A DNA stretch of 64,000 bases from Yuukianura sp. NJ FZ-2021 (taxonomy: Eukaryota): positions 12,338,001 to 12,402,000 of the forward strand of contig CM102286.1 of assembly GCA_046563655.1 (NCBI GenBank), read 5' to 3'. This document shows positions 1 to 24,873 of this stretch, piece by piece (positions within the stretch are counted from its first letter, which is position 1; each line of letters begins with the position of its first letter). The notes beneath the pieces are model-generated. The model made no database searches. It was not told the DNA's origin and was given only the letters and a program-made list of their open reading frames with translations. Both the position numbers and the translations under genes were made by a program.

Positions 1-2748
1 TTTATAGCAAGCAGTAGTTGAGCCAAAGATCGACTTGAAGTGATCAATGTACATACTGCACATCTCACTGGAGTCAAACTCAAACGTTCCCTTCAGACGG
101 TAGTTTCTCTCTTCAAAAAATTTGTAAACTCCATAGAAAATATCCTTGTCGCCAGTGCGCATAGCCGCATCCAAAAACTTCCTTGCTTGAACTGAATCGC
201 TTCTCCCATAACTCTGAACAAACCTAAAATCATGAATAGAGCAATGAAATGTTGTACTACTTCATTAACTTTCCAAATGAAGTACACAACAGAACATTCT
301 TACCTTAAAGCAGCGATAACTTTCTGTTTGTTAAGGAGGACTTCGACAATTAGATCGTTGGCAATCGATAGCCTCTTCAACATGTCAAGAGCCAACTGAA
401 GAGAGGCTGGATAAACTCCTTCAAGAGAAAGTAGCAGACATGCCAGCGGCTTTGAATCCGTTACGACGTGACACATGAGGAACTGGTGCAGTTGATAGAA
501 AGATTTCCTCCGAACCATGGCGTTAATGACAAGTTCATAGATGTAGTGGTTGACCGGGATTTGATATTGTGTAAGAGAACGAATGTACTCCATCATCACG
601 AAGATTACGTACTGGTCCGTCATGTCTTCCGTCTCTGCTTGTTGGAAATTCGAAAAAATGTTTGTATACAAGTCCTGTTGGTCCACCAAGATCATTCCTT
701 TGGGACGTAAAACTTCTACACGTCCGGAACTCGGCAATGCCATCTATAAAGTACACCAAAAAGCATAAGCGATTGATGAATTAATGTACAAGTCACATCA
801 TTCAATTAATTCACCTGTGTTTGTAGTTCAACGTTGAGAAAGCTTCGGTAGTTTTCATTAATGATATCAAATATTTTCGCAACAACTTGATAGTCCGTAA
901 ACCCCGGCTTGAGAATCGACTCTTGCAAAACGCGAAGCAAATGTTTTTTCCCTTGAGTTCTCTGGAGGAAAAATTCTATTACGCGAACTTTGTCTGGAGT
1001 CAAGTGCCGCAACGGATCAAGTGTCAACTCCAAATTCCATACGCAGCCAAGTTTGGCATCGATAATCACATTAGGTTGAAAAACAACCCAGTTAGTCGAG
1101 TCTACAAAAAAAGTTGAAACATTTCGGTGCTATTTGGTCCATAAATTCCAGGAAAGATTTGCTTAAACTTTAACTTACACAATTCACATTCAATGTCAAC
1201 AGCTTCTCGTCCAGGAGGTGAGGGTACAAGCGGCAATTGAAGCCGAAACGGTTTGATCGGCATCGGAACGACGACTTGTTGATGATAAGTCGAACTTCCA
1301 TCTGAGCCACAGCTCAGTCGCACGTCAAAAAGCATTGAAGTCTATTTCGCAAAAAAATGGACATCATGAAACCTTTAACTTTTTTTAGTTGTTGAAAACT
1401 ATCGTTTACCTTTGAAGCCTGGTGATGTACGATTATCAAGTTGTCAATTACATTGATAGCGAAGCGCCCGCTTGTGTCCAATTTTAACACATGTGACTTG
1501 GTCGTGGAGCCTTCTCTGTTGGTACAAATCAAGCATAACATCAATTATTGGATTATAGCATTATTGGAGTCTCTCCTCGAGTGTAATATTTCAATAGATT
1601 GTAGAGTGTATTGTGCTTTACCTGTTCAAAACATAAACGTCGACTTCTGCTCCAGAACCAGTAGACGTTTTAGGTTTATGTCGGAGTATCAGAACTGCAG
1701 TATGATTGTACAGAGTCACTATTGAGACATCGCGTTCGGGAAAGCTCTGTCGTCCCGTACTTTGGTTTTTCGGTGCACTTGCTAAATCAACTATTGGAAA
1801 ACATATTTATACAATTCAGTCAAAGAATAAAGATACTGATTCAGAAAAAGAGATCAGTTCAAACAATACAGAAACAAAATCCCTCCTTACTGTCAAGTTT
1901 AGGATACTTGTAAAGGGTCTCCGGACCATGATGAAAAGGTTGAAGAATTCCAGCAGAAGATACAAGCAGTGTGCTGCTCTCAGGGGAATGTTGAAACCAG
2001 TCAACAACAATGGAAACACTCTTCAAAAACTTCAGCATCCGCTTTTCAGGGAACACCTATGTTAAAACAAAAAATCTTGTACTAATAACATTACACTCAG
2101 TGTTAAAATAAATAAATAACATGTTACCTGAAATAACTCGAGAGCAACGTTTGTTATAAATAGAATTTCGTTTGCAGCAATCCAGATAAAGCCAAGAATG
2201 TTTCCGTTCTTGCTTTTGCATTTTTGACTATATTCTTGCAAACTGTCTGTCCGATTTTGTATAAAGTTGACGAATTCCTAGAACGAAACATCGAGAAAAC
2301 ATGGTTTTCTTCATATGGCCTTTGAGTCACGTCAAATACTATGTTTCGAGTAATTGCTGAGTATCGTTCTTACGACGGAATGGTTAGTACGTTGTACTGC
2401 CAAGATAGTCTGATCAGGGTTGAACTTGATGGACTGCACTGACCCCTTATCTTCCATTCTAAAAGTACTGTTTAAGTGTTCCTTCTGCCCTTTTACGACA
2501 ACTCCAGTGGCTCCACCACTTCGTACCGCAAATACCTAGAATAGAAACATAACGACAAGAAACTACAAGTTACACATTCCAGTTCCTCGAGTACTTCTTT
2601 TCTAGAGAACTACAGTTACAATACAACGTACCTGCTGATTAGCGTCATCATAGAAGACATTTGTAACCTTCGATACTGGCTCAAATCGGATCGGTGAGGA
2701 GCATAGACTCAAGTAAAACCCATCTTCTGCATGGAATCCTTCCTCCAT
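1..2748 (-). CDS. RMC1: Regulator of MON1-CCZ1 complex (Mic1/C18orf8 family), multi-exon, 3' end runs off the left window edge
   Basis: ATG at 2748 gives MEEGFHAEDGFYLSLCSSPIRFEPVSKVTNVFYDDANQQ. Later exons give GRFAINVIDNLIIVHHQ and MEYIRSL...FYQLHQFL...DSKPLACLLLSLE...QLALDMLKRL (Mic1 domain). GT-AG junctions join in frame; the frame is still open at base 1. Confidence 0.9.
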
Positions 2749-3582
2749 GTTATCGTAGGCAGGCTCAGCCAATCTGTGTTAAAAGAATTCAATTTAATTG
2801 AAATTTTAATTGAAAGTGAAATACACAGTTAAATAGTAAGTACCTAGCTAAGGCTACTTTACTTGCTTTTGTACAAGTAATTCACTTTTAGATACCTCGA
2901 TTTCTTTAGCAATACTTATCAGCGCCGAATTGTTGCAAAGGTGAGGCAAGGGTTATCCACTGATCGTCGGTTGTCATTGAAAACTCCCTCCGCAAATCAC
3001 CTAAGTAATCGTCAAACTTTAGTTCGATTCTAAATTAACTAATTCCGATTTTTGGAATCAATCAGCTGTTATCAGAAATCAGCTGTTGAAAAACTCCCTA
3101 TTTTCATAATACTATTTCTCCCGCCTACAAAAACATAAAATAATCGTGCACTGTAAACATAAAATAATAATTCCAGTAGTAATCCAAATTCCCAGGGGGC
3201 GGCAAAAATGCCTTAGCGACCAAAACCGATTCTTTATTTGTTTACAATTTCACTCACAGTGACGTCACTCCGAGTGAAAATACAGGTTCATCCGAGTTTT
3301 TAAGCTATTTTTAAGTTTGCGGCGAAAGTATTGAGACTAAAATGATGAAAATTTTGAACAACACTGTAAATGAGTGAACTCGGAGTCAAAGAAATCCCAT
3401 AGCAACTCAGTTTTGAAAAAACAATTTTAAACGACCGTACCTATAAGTATTCTATTTACCTTGCCAAATTCCAGTAAACCTCAATCAGTAGGCAAAGCAC
3501 AACAAGTCTGCTGGACACTTCTAGACTTCTTGTAGGAAAGCCATGATTTATTCTCCGTGTTCATCTAAAAATGGTGATTGGA

Positions 3583-5363
3583 CTAGACTAATTGTTCGGA
3601 CGCTGACTGAGCAAATTCTAAAAGTTTCCATGCTGCTCTTGGGTTGAGCTCTGTTCTGTCTCGACACAATACCCAAACGTTGTTCACTCGAAGGACTTTC
3701 TCAGGGTCACCTTGCGTCACTTTTCCTGTCTTGTCTTTGACATATTGTACCTATAAATCAAGCAGCGTTAAAAACATTAATACGTTTAACTGAAGACATT
3801 ACTTTAGAATCAAAGCAAAGTTTAAACTCACTTGCTGCGAGGTAAACGTTACAACTAAGACAGGACCCTGCTCCAGCACTCTGCCCATGGCTAAATCTAC
3901 GTGGGAGATGTCCAGTATCCTACTGTGTATCGTCATGCCCAGCTCCTTGGCCTGTTTAATCGGCTGGGCAATTATTGCAAAGGCCTTTTCGTAACACCAG
4001 TCTTCCAGAATCTGCAATCCACGCATAAGTGCTTAAAACTTTCCAAGTTGAATTCCATCCAGTGTTATTTCCGTGTATATTTGAAACTAACCTCAAGATC
4101 TGCTCTGCAACACGCTTCTAGAATATTTGGAATTATATCTTGCTCAACATCTTTCAGAAATTTTTCTTTGTCAAAGCTTGGGTCAAGTTGTATAATTTCC
4201 GTAAGTGCTTCAGATAATTCAGTACGCTGAAAAAGACCACCCATGATATCTGATACCTACAATACACAAATACAAAGGTGTAACATTGAGATTGACCTGA
4301 TGTGCGGATACCCGGGCCAGTTGATTGTTGTGATTCTGATTTACCTTTTCAGTAAGGAGTCTCGATGCTCGAACGACCGGATTCTCGCTCTCATCATATT
4401 TGATCTTCCAATCTAACACTTTGTTGACATAAGGGTTATTATCTTTAAACTTTTCCCAACTTTGGTAAAACCTGAAACCAAGTTAGAAAAAAAAACAATT
4501 CAAGCGAAACTAGAAGACTTTAACAAAACATAGGTCAAGGAAAATCAGTTGCTAACCTTGAATCTTTATGTAGCTCCAATCCACGCGCTTCTTCGTTTGG
4601 TTGAATAACTACTTCAGGTCCAACGACCTCAACACGTTTTCTTAGGGTCACCGGAGGTTTGTATATCCTGCTATCTGAGTTAGCATCTACTATTTCATCT
4701 CGTACAACAGCCGCTGCACCGGAAACAGCACGGAATGGTGTCGTGCTAGCAAGCTTACTACCATGTTCAGCTACTGTGTCAGCAACATTTTGAGCTTGTT
4801 TCCCTAGTTGCTCGCCAACAGCACCTAGGAAGCACAACAATTTTGTAAACTTATTGAATATTTCAGTGGTATTGGAGTAACTGAGAAAGATTGTAACCTA
4901 AAACTGACCTGCCTTCTTAGCAAATTCTGTTTGACTGGCTGTTTCCGCAACTTGTTGTAGTTTCTCCTTCACGGCGTCCATTTGTTCCTTAAATACTTCC
5001 GATCCTTTCGAAGCTTCGGATTCAACAATTTGAAACTTCCGTCGGGCCTGTTTTAAAGCGTCTGATTCTTCTAGTTTCTGTGCCTCCTCTCGAAACTTGG
5101 CAATATTATCTTTCATTTCTTTGTTTTTTGAGAACTCGTTTCGGATGTTGTCAATCAGTTTGGAAACAAATCCTGGCTGCTTTGAATACTGATGTCTAGA
5201 AATGTATTCGCCATGCTAAAAAAATGAATGAAAAGAAAAGTTGCATTGTAATTTTATTAGTAGGGTCACCTACGTTAGGCGGTCTAATGTTTTTTAAGAA
5301 GAAAACGGAAGTATTTACCCTCGCAATATTTAGTTGTATAGCTTTACTGAATAGTCGATGCAT
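3583..5363 (-). CDS. TIMM44: Mitochondrial import inner membrane translocase subunit TIM44, multi-exon
   Basis: MHRLFSKAIQLNIAR presequence-like exon, then KEMKDNIAKFREEAQKLEESDALKQARRKF, LELHKDSR, YDESENPVVRASRLLTEK, ILEDWCYE and GPVLVVTFTSQQ. TAG at 3583-3585. Confidence 0.93.
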
Positions 5364-6282
5364 TTCGTCTCCTTTTCGCTAATTTATAGCTGTCCAAAGA
5401 AAGTGGAATCCCGGCTTGAAGACGTAGTTGCTTTGAATTCAAATCCAAATCAGAGCTAGGTAGCAGTGACGCAAGATTTTACCCGGTTTGACAGGCTGAA
5501 ATTGTACAGACAAGCAAGAAATGAACTTACAGTTTGTCGCGACGTACCTGCGAGGATTATGATTAATATTCAACCACCTAAATTAATGTTAACAACAGGT
5601 CAATCAATTAAAATTGAAAATGCTTTCCTTTTGAATAGTACAAAGTGAAACAGTGAAAGTGATGATGAAATTGAAAGTTATTTTCCAAAGGTTGGAAATG
5701 AAATGAACCAGAATGGGGTCCGGCTAAATGTCGGTCTTCGGATTCCTCGGATTTGGATGAGGGTACACATTGGCATTTTCAAAAATTTGTTAACCTAAAG
5801 AGTTAGACTTTAGTAAAAACATTAGCAAACCAAACCACTGAAATGTAACTGCAAATTCGCGGAGTTTAAGCGATTTTGAAATGTGGTATTTAAACATCTG
5901 AGGAGTCTGAGCTATAGAATCCGAGGAATCAACATGACAGAATTCTCCCCTCATACAAGATCCGCGAAATTCGAAAAGTCCGACGTCAGACGTTTAGACA
6001 CACCCGCCAGACTGAATGAAATGATGATACGGTTCAAAATTACTTCCCGCCACTTCTCTAAACGTGTTGAGATTTACTCTACTTGTGATAGCCAAAGCAA
6101 AGGCAATAACTTATTCAAGTTAACACCCTTATACACATTAATTAAAATTATAAAAATTTATAATATGCAAAAACCAATTTCTTGCCTTTCTTGGAGTTTT
6201 ATTTTACGGTTGGAGGTTTTGAATTTAATTTATGTTTAGGAAAATATAGTTCCAATTAGCAGAATTAGGCTGAATCATGGAA

Positions 6283-7312
6283 TTATCGTTTCTTTGACTT
6301 TGGTTTTTTGTCGGCTGCTTTGAGTTTTGCAATTTCCCGCTCAACGTTCTTCCACATCTTGGCCTGGAATTCCTTTCGGTAGCCAAATGCAAACATAACT
6401 TCCAACAGAACAAACATCGGAGCCATTCTATTGATTTAAAACCAATAAAAATTAAACAGTATTTGATTCTTAATTACTTCAAAATAATTTTGAACCTACA
6501 AAAACGCTTGTACAAGGTTGTCCAAAAGCGCTGGAGCTCGTCCTTCAAAAACACCATGCCCTATAAACTATTGAAGAAAATCAATCAATCACTGGTTGGT
6601 GTTTAACGTTGAGTTATTCCAGCTTTGACTAACGTACTTGGAAAGCCCATGAAAATACTTGGACAGCAGCAGCAACCTGCCATGCCGGGTAGCCAGTAGA
6701 GGTCAATGAATTCAGAAAGAATTCCCTTCCGGTAAACAGGCAAGCGAAGACCAACAGCGCCGCCAATGATCCAGCGCTAAAAGCAAGCATAGTTTATATT
6801 AATAAATTTAAGTAATATTTATAACATATTATTTAATATTATACTACATATTTATATTTTATACCGTTTATCCATCAGAATGTACGCTACGGCATAGAAG
6901 GTGGCGGCCAAGAAAGACACATTGACAGGATGAAGAGCTGAAACTGGAGCCAGAAATGGAAACGAAAGTTCAAACGGAACGTACTGGGTTAGCACAAAAG
7001 CACTCCATAAAATTGGCCAAACGCAAAATATCTATTTAAAAAACAAAAAAATTAAAAAAAAATTGACAAAAGATAAAATCAGGAGCATTTTTACCCCAAC
7101 TTAAATGCAGCAAATTCTAAGCAATAACTTACGTGAATTAACTTATTGAGCCGGTCATGATGATAGGAAGCGTAGAATGTAAACTGTGAAAAAAATAACG
7201 ATTTTTATTACTTCTTAGTATACATCTCATTACACAAACAAGTTTTCATGTGAAAATTTTTTAAGTTACATGTGAATAAGCTTACTTGTTCGTCCAAATC
7301 TGTAATACCCAT
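6283..7312 (-). CDS. Mpo1/DUF962-family ER membrane protein (2-hydroxy fatty acid dioxygenase-like), 6 coding exons, 198 aa
   Basis: Exons 7312-7286, 7183-7133, 7031-6865, 6776-6638, 6567-6500 and 6427-6283, all GT-AG, total 597 nt. Translation: MGITDLDEQFTFYASYHHDRLNKLIHIFCVWPILWSAF...AYILMDKRAGSLAALLV...[45 protein letters not shown]...KKPKSKKR*. The FYxxYHxxxxNxxIH and [19 protein letters not shown] motifs match the family. Missed by the ORF track because the exons are short. Confidence 0.88.
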
Positions 7313-10300
7313 CGCTTAACGCTGAATTTTGTTTAATTGCTAGTTTCAAGCTGCTCGAGATGACTGTCTGATGGATTTGACCTGTCACATGAAATTATAT
7401 TGAAGCTCTTCTGGAATTCAAAGTTTAAATCCAAGTTATATGATAAATCCGCTCTTATCATTATCAAGATACTCAAACCTGAGGGTTGTTTTTGCACAAA
7501 ACTTTGCAACAACAAAACAATTGAAATGAAAGCTGGTTTCTGCTATAGTAAAAAATTTATTTGGATTATAACAACTATGTGAACCAGCATTTGACGTGTC
7601 TATTACATACGCTGAACCTTGTAAACAATTAATTTCGCGATTCTCACGCTTCAAACAGCTGAGACTAGTAAATAATTCCGTCCGTGTATCATACGCCTAC
7701 GCAAACGCAATAACGTGCACCCCTATTGTCTTCATTCTTTTTTCAAAAGTGCGTCAATTTTGCAATGACTGTCAAATTTTTAACGTAACAATACAAGGTT
7801 GCTGTTGAACCCTATTCATACTTTAGTCTTTCAGATTGAAAAATTTTTGAAAACTTTTAACTTAAAGGTTTCGGATTGGGTCATGGAGTTGAGCGTCAAA
7901 AATAGACAAAAATTATGAATGTGTCATACATTAACATTAGTATTGCATACGGCTTTTCTCTTTGATCGCTAAATTTTTATTCTCATTGAAAAAATTTACA
8001 AACTACTAAATTGCTGAAAGGTCACGAACTTTTGGTCATATTATACCTTACGGTGCAAAATTTGTAAAGGTCTTGTTGTAAACATCGTTTGTATAAAAAT
8101 GATCCACCCACGTTCGGAAAGAATTTACACGGGATCATCTCATCCCACGGAACACTTTGTTTTAAATTTGTATCGAAGTGTGTTGAAAGTTGTGTAAATT
8201 CCTTTGATACACAAATCCTGAATGATGAGCAACGGAGCGAGAGATGGACTGGCGGATTAAGGTGAAAGTCAAAGGTTACGTCATTCCGTTTTAGAGAGTG
8301 ATTCATCCATTCATTCTCTCCAAAATCCTTGGTCCAAGTCCCTCCAGCACATCTTCAGTACTCAAGTATCTTGCTTGGACGTGCAAATAAAAAGAAAGTC
8401 AAAAGAACCCTGTTGACGTAGGTTTGGTATTTAGAGTTCCTGTTCTGTTTGTATCAAGTTCCGTAAAAAAATTACACATCCGCCTAAGATTTCAGCAAAA
8501 GAGAAGGTTAGGTCAATTTTTTGTTAAGTTGAATAAAATGTAACGTTAGTCCCAAATCAGTCGGATCAGAATTGAAAATAAAACTGACAGAATTTTATTT
8601 TTGAATGAATTCAGAACAAAATTTTGAATTCGTCCGCCTTTTTTTGGTAAAAGGTCAAAGGTCAAGCATTTTCAAAACACAGTCTAAGTTAAACTTAATA
8701 CGCTAATAACTTAAAAAATTGCAAACTGTTTTAAAACATAAATGGCACGGCGTGAGTCACTTGCAAGTGTAAACATCAATTTCTGCTTGTGGAATTTTCC
8801 GTTTTTCTTGCTTTTTTAATTCAAAACACACAAAACGGCCAATTTAGTTTAATGAAAAGCATATTCGGAAAAGTAAATAAGGTTATGTGTTGATACTTTC
8901 AAAATTGAAGCACTATTTGCCAGAAAGGAAAAAGTTGATGCCAAAAATCAAACTGTTTACGTCAGAACATAAACGTGTGTGGGTTCCTCAAAATGCCAAA
9001 AATCAAAATCGCGTTCCACAGTATACGCGTTTCAGAATTTGTTGGGTAAAAATGGCATCTCTGACGTTTCACCGTTCTGCCGGGTGATAACGTATATGTA
9101 ACTGATACACGAAAACCTAACATAAACCTAAGAAAAAAACTAGCCTTTGATATTATCTAAAGGTCAAATCATGTTTTTCAATACACATTAGATACACTCT
9201 GCGGACCACTTTTCTTTTCACTCCTTAATTGAAAAATAAACCATATTACGACTTTCTCTTTTTTTAAATTTAGACACGGCCATGGCCAAAAGTGACGCCA
9301 AACCGTCACAAATCCAATCATAATTTTCTACACAACTCAAAGAAAAAGAAGTCTTCAATGTCAAATTATTGGCTATAACTTTCTAACAAAAAAAAACGGA
9401 CTGTTTCAGTCCAAGTAAATGAAAAGGAAGCCATAAAGTTGTCAGCGTTATAAGCAAAGTTAAAAAAAAAAGTCCTAGAAAGACGCCTCTGTCTTAGACC
9501 AAGAAAATTCAAGGAGAAAACTTACGATAGAAGAAAAAAAAATTTTTTTTTCGGTAAAATTGGAAGAATATTAGACATTTTATTGGGATTGGCACTGGCA
9601 GGAGTCAGCAGAAGAACAGAGGAGGAATAGATATGGTAGTCTTAAGGCCAGCCCTGACAACTTTAACGATTTCATACATTCGAATAGACCCCAGCCAGCG
9701 ACTTTCTCTGACGTACTCTACAGATCGACGTCAATCCTTGCGTCACAGGCCTACAAAACATAGCCTTTCCCTGACTTTACTCAGCAAAAGTTTGGCTTCG
9801 GCTATACACTGGCAGCAGCCTTTAGTTCAACTTTTTTGGCTTCGTTCAAATCCAACCAGGGAAAGCGCCATGCACCTTCTGGATCAGACTCTCAGCTAAA
9901 CTTTCCGAACCTCCGAAATGTTGAGTAGTCTAGGGCAGAATCCGTAGGTCGAGGCTACACGATAGTACTAGAACAGTCTAGCATGCCCAGTTCTAACTTA
10001 TACACTTCAAAAACGTAACGTGTGATACTACGCTCACTCCGAAAAAGCCTTTTCTTCCTACCCGAACTTTTACCCAAATCCCGAATTGAGCTTTTAGTCC
10101 CCCACTGGACGGAAGAGACTCTAGACGCGACGGTCACGGTTGGTCCTTATCCAAGACAGTGTTAATAGCTCCCTGAAGTGACCGTGTGAGAGTCTCTTTT
10201 GTTGACATTGACCTCTGAGCAAGTTAGGTTGCTGCCTTCCTGACCTAACATTTTCAAAATTTGGAGTCTAACTTAAAAGTCAAAATTTTGAATGTGTAGT

Positions 10301-11644
10301 TAACAGTTTTTTCAGAATCAACGCTTACAAAAAAATCTTAGGTTTTGGTTCATCAAAAAACGAAATTTGTGTCAAGTCCAGCTCCAATTCAGCTTTTGTG
10401 ACTCACGCGGACGCATTAATTGTAAAAGCTTGAAGTGGAGTTTCCTGTGTCTACTGCAATTGACTAAATAAGCTGTGTCGTGACCTCTTTACATTTCGAA
10501 AAAAAAAATTCACACCTCCGGTTATGACTGTTTACAGTTTTTCGCAAATTCTGTTCTGAACATCCGAAAGTGAAGGAAGTGACGAAATTTCCGTTTTGGT
10601 CATTTTTGAAGAAAATCTGGAACCCATTTTTACTGTTCCACTGATTCTGTAAAAGAAAATTTGGAAATAACAAAAAGCATTATGAAATTCTGTTTATAAC
10701 GTAAAAAACTTAGTTTTTAGTAGAAAATAACAGATTTTTTCTAGTTTTTACTGTTAAGTTACAGTTTAGATTTGCTCTAGTGCTCTTGAAATCGTGAGTA
10801 TTAATTGGTTGTGAGCCAAGAAGGACAAGGTCGGAGTCAAATCGAGATCAGTAGTGCTGGTTGGAGACGAATCCATCACTTCAGCAACTAAAAACATAAA
10901 GTAAAATAACTTAAATTTGTGTTATGTTAACTTTTAAATGTTAAGTTTAATTTTAACTTGTGAGAGTTTGAATTGTAATCAAAGGCAGCAGAGAGTCAGT
11001 GACTCCTACTAATCATAGGATTTAGGGCATCGTGTGCGTACACATCTGGGTCTGCATTTATCAGTTGTCTATTGTGCTATTATTACCATTACAAATTTAA
11101 GTTAGTACGTGATAAGGTCAGAAGGTATTGCAACTCACGGTTTTTTGGCAGTTGCAAGTACTAGGCACAAAGTTTATTACAATTTTGTATAGTAAAAAAA
11201 AGGCTATTCAGGACAATAAACTTTAGTTTTAACAAAAGTAAAGAAGATACACACGGGTGGTTTTAGTAAAAAGTTTTTAGTAAAAACGATATCCAAAGGA
11301 CTGTTTTGATATCACTAGTGTAAATAACTTTTAGTATTAAAATTGTGAAAATGTTTAACAATGAAAAAGTGTTCACTAGTCACTAGTTTTGAGCAGTTCA
11401 AATACAGTGTTCGTCAGGATCAGCGGCAAATGCTTACCGAAACGACAGTATACGAATTATTGGTGACTCATCGTCACTACTGTCGTCATCCCGCCACCTA
11501 ACACATCATTGTCACTCTGAGACAATTAATTGATTAATGTGCATTTCATTCAAATGTACTAACTGTACATACTTGAATTTAACACAAAGTAAAAGGAAGT
11601 GCTAAACGGCAACATCCGCAAAAGCATCTGCGCAACCGCAGTGA

Positions 11645-19026
<7,382 letters not shown>

Positions 19027-19495
19027 GCCCTTGACCCTGAAAACTACTCATCAATTTTCTAGTCAGTTTTAGTACAAGGTGTGCCCTGTTTCCTTGTACC
19101 TCCGCTAGGCTAGCTCTCTATGTCCTTCACAAAGGCAGCTTCTTGTCTAGTACTAGAGTACATAGAAGAAGCTCATGTTGTAGCAATAATCGTGGCAACT
19201 TAAAACTTAACGAGGCACCAGGCAACAATGTTTATTTTAGTACCAGTATTGTACTGTGGGTTTAGGTTAGGACGACATCAAGAGAAAATAGCTTAATAAA
19301 TCAGCCATAGATCGCCTACCAAGTGACCTTCATGCCTTCGATTAAGAATCTACTTTTTAGTACTCCTTGGTATAAAAAAAATCAAATTGAACGAGGTACG
19401 TACCCCTTTTGAAACCTAGTGGCACAGTTCTGACGCAGTGCTGCTGTGTTGTATAATGGCAATGGCGCCGTCCTTGAGTCATTCAGTATTCAGTG

Positions 19496-20280
19496 TCACT
19501 CTTTCTTCAAGTTCAAGCATTCCCAAGGTTCGGGTATTCTTTCACTAAAAATGTCTGTTCCTGTTTGCCGTGCTTTCATGAACGCTTCTTCGGCAGTTAA
19601 TTTTTCTTCTTCCGATGGTTGCACTGGCTGTCCATTATCATCTAAACTTCCCTTCCTAAAAAAAATACTTGTATTTTAGCCATTGTCATTGTCAACATAA
19701 TTCGTTTTCCAAAAGTACAAACGATAAATTACGAACTGAAAGTCTTTCTGGATCTTGTCTGCATAGATGAACTTGAATAGGGATTTTGCTGTAAACTCTG
19801 GTTCCACCGTTTCGTTCGCTCTGTATGAAACGTATGGTTTGAGCTGCAAAACATAAGTTAATTATAAATAGATATAATTTATAGATGAAACGCTAAGTCA
19901 CGGATAGCATTTATGGCTATAACATACCGGGCAATCCTTCAAATCGGGCACCACCAGTTCAGGAATCATTTCGGGTACTACTCTAAAATTCTTGCCGTAC
20001 TTGTACCCAATCGGTTTATGGTCGGCTGTAAATAGTCATGTAATTATTAGATTAGTACATTGTGGTTTTGCCAGAGTTTCTTACTGTACACAGGTATATC
20101 TGGATAGCGGTCCTCGTCCAGGGCCCTTGCCTCTTTGAAAAACCGGGTACCGCGTTTGTTTCCTAGGAACAGTTGTCGAAGGTTCCTTCTTCCCAGAAGC
20201 TCAGCAGTCGTAGAAATTTCCCTTCTCGAGTATGGTACATAACAACCTGAAATAGACCAATGCATCGATTCCATCGTCAT
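19496..20280 (-). CDS. mRpL41: Mitochondrial ribosomal protein L41 (mL41), 4 coding exons
   Basis: NKRGTRFFK, then FRVVPEMIPELVVPDLKDCP|LKPYVSYR...FTAKSLFKFIYADKIQKDF, then GSLDDNGQPVQPSEEEKLTAEEAFMKARQTGTDIF. TGA at 19496-19498. Confidence 0.88.
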
Positions 20281-21114
20281 TGATTATGCTGGAGCTGGAA
20301 AAGCATTAAACACAATGCGTTAACAGACTTACCGGAATTCGGGAACAGGCGATTCGGTTTGGAGGTAAGTTGGGTCGTTACACGGTGAACTATTGACATG
20401 GCTAGGTTATACCTCACTCTACTGTAGTTTACTAATTAAATTTTACAAAACGTTATTTAAATTGGTTTTAATAAATGATTTAATCTTTCTTTATGTTTTC
20501 ATAGTAGTTAGTACTTATGTTTGTAATTTGATGTGTTTGCTGGGGTGGGCTGCCCACCATGGGCATGGACAAAGTTTCAGACAATGTATCAAATTCACTC
20601 CAACAATGGCCAAAATGCACAAACATTTCTATACAATAATATTTTAAATGAATTCATAACATTTATAATTTACTTAAGTGATAACAAGATAATTAAGTGA
20701 TAACATTAAATCAATTGATCAAATAAATTTTTTGTTGCACATACCTGTGTGGGATGATGAACTCGGTAAGTAATTTTTAGCAAAACCAGTTTGTAATGTT
20801 TTTTGAATTTTTTAGACTTCTTCCCGCAGTTTTGAAGACGCCAGCGTTACACGCTTATCGTGACGAAACTTTCTCCAACTTTCTTTTTCTAAAAGTTTTA
20901 TTTCAGAATTTTTATAAGTTATTAGTTACTTGCTAATTAAATGCTGAGTTGAAATGTATTTATTTCCGCTTCTGTTTTTGAAATTTTTAAATATCTATTT
21001 ACAAGACCTAGTTGATTCCACTCCCCTTGTGCGTACAAAAATAAGGAAACTACAAACAATCCTATCGATGTGAGCATAACGAAGATTGCCTAACTTTCTA
21101 GAATTTTAATTGAC

Positions 21115-24873
<3,759 letters not shown>

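Noticed and set aside
1820..1840. Minus-strand GTATCTTT resembling a U12 5' splice site in RMC1
   Set aside because: It lies inside an intron whose frame-preserving donor is a normal GTAAGG near 1890. No U12-type intron was needed in any model.
3250..3390. Palindromic GTGACGTCAC and partial inverted matches between TIMM44 and RMC1
   Set aside because: The arms are not collinear and there is no TSD; too weak to call a MITE. It may be a single CRE.
9600..10250. GC-richer block with short ORFs upstream of the SIK2 start codon
   Set aside because: No recognisable protein motifs or consistent splice pattern; more likely intronic regulatory DNA.
10520..10785. Repeat-like tract ending in ...tttgctctagtg
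   Set aside because: Looks like a decayed transposon end, but I could not find a partner terminus or TSD.
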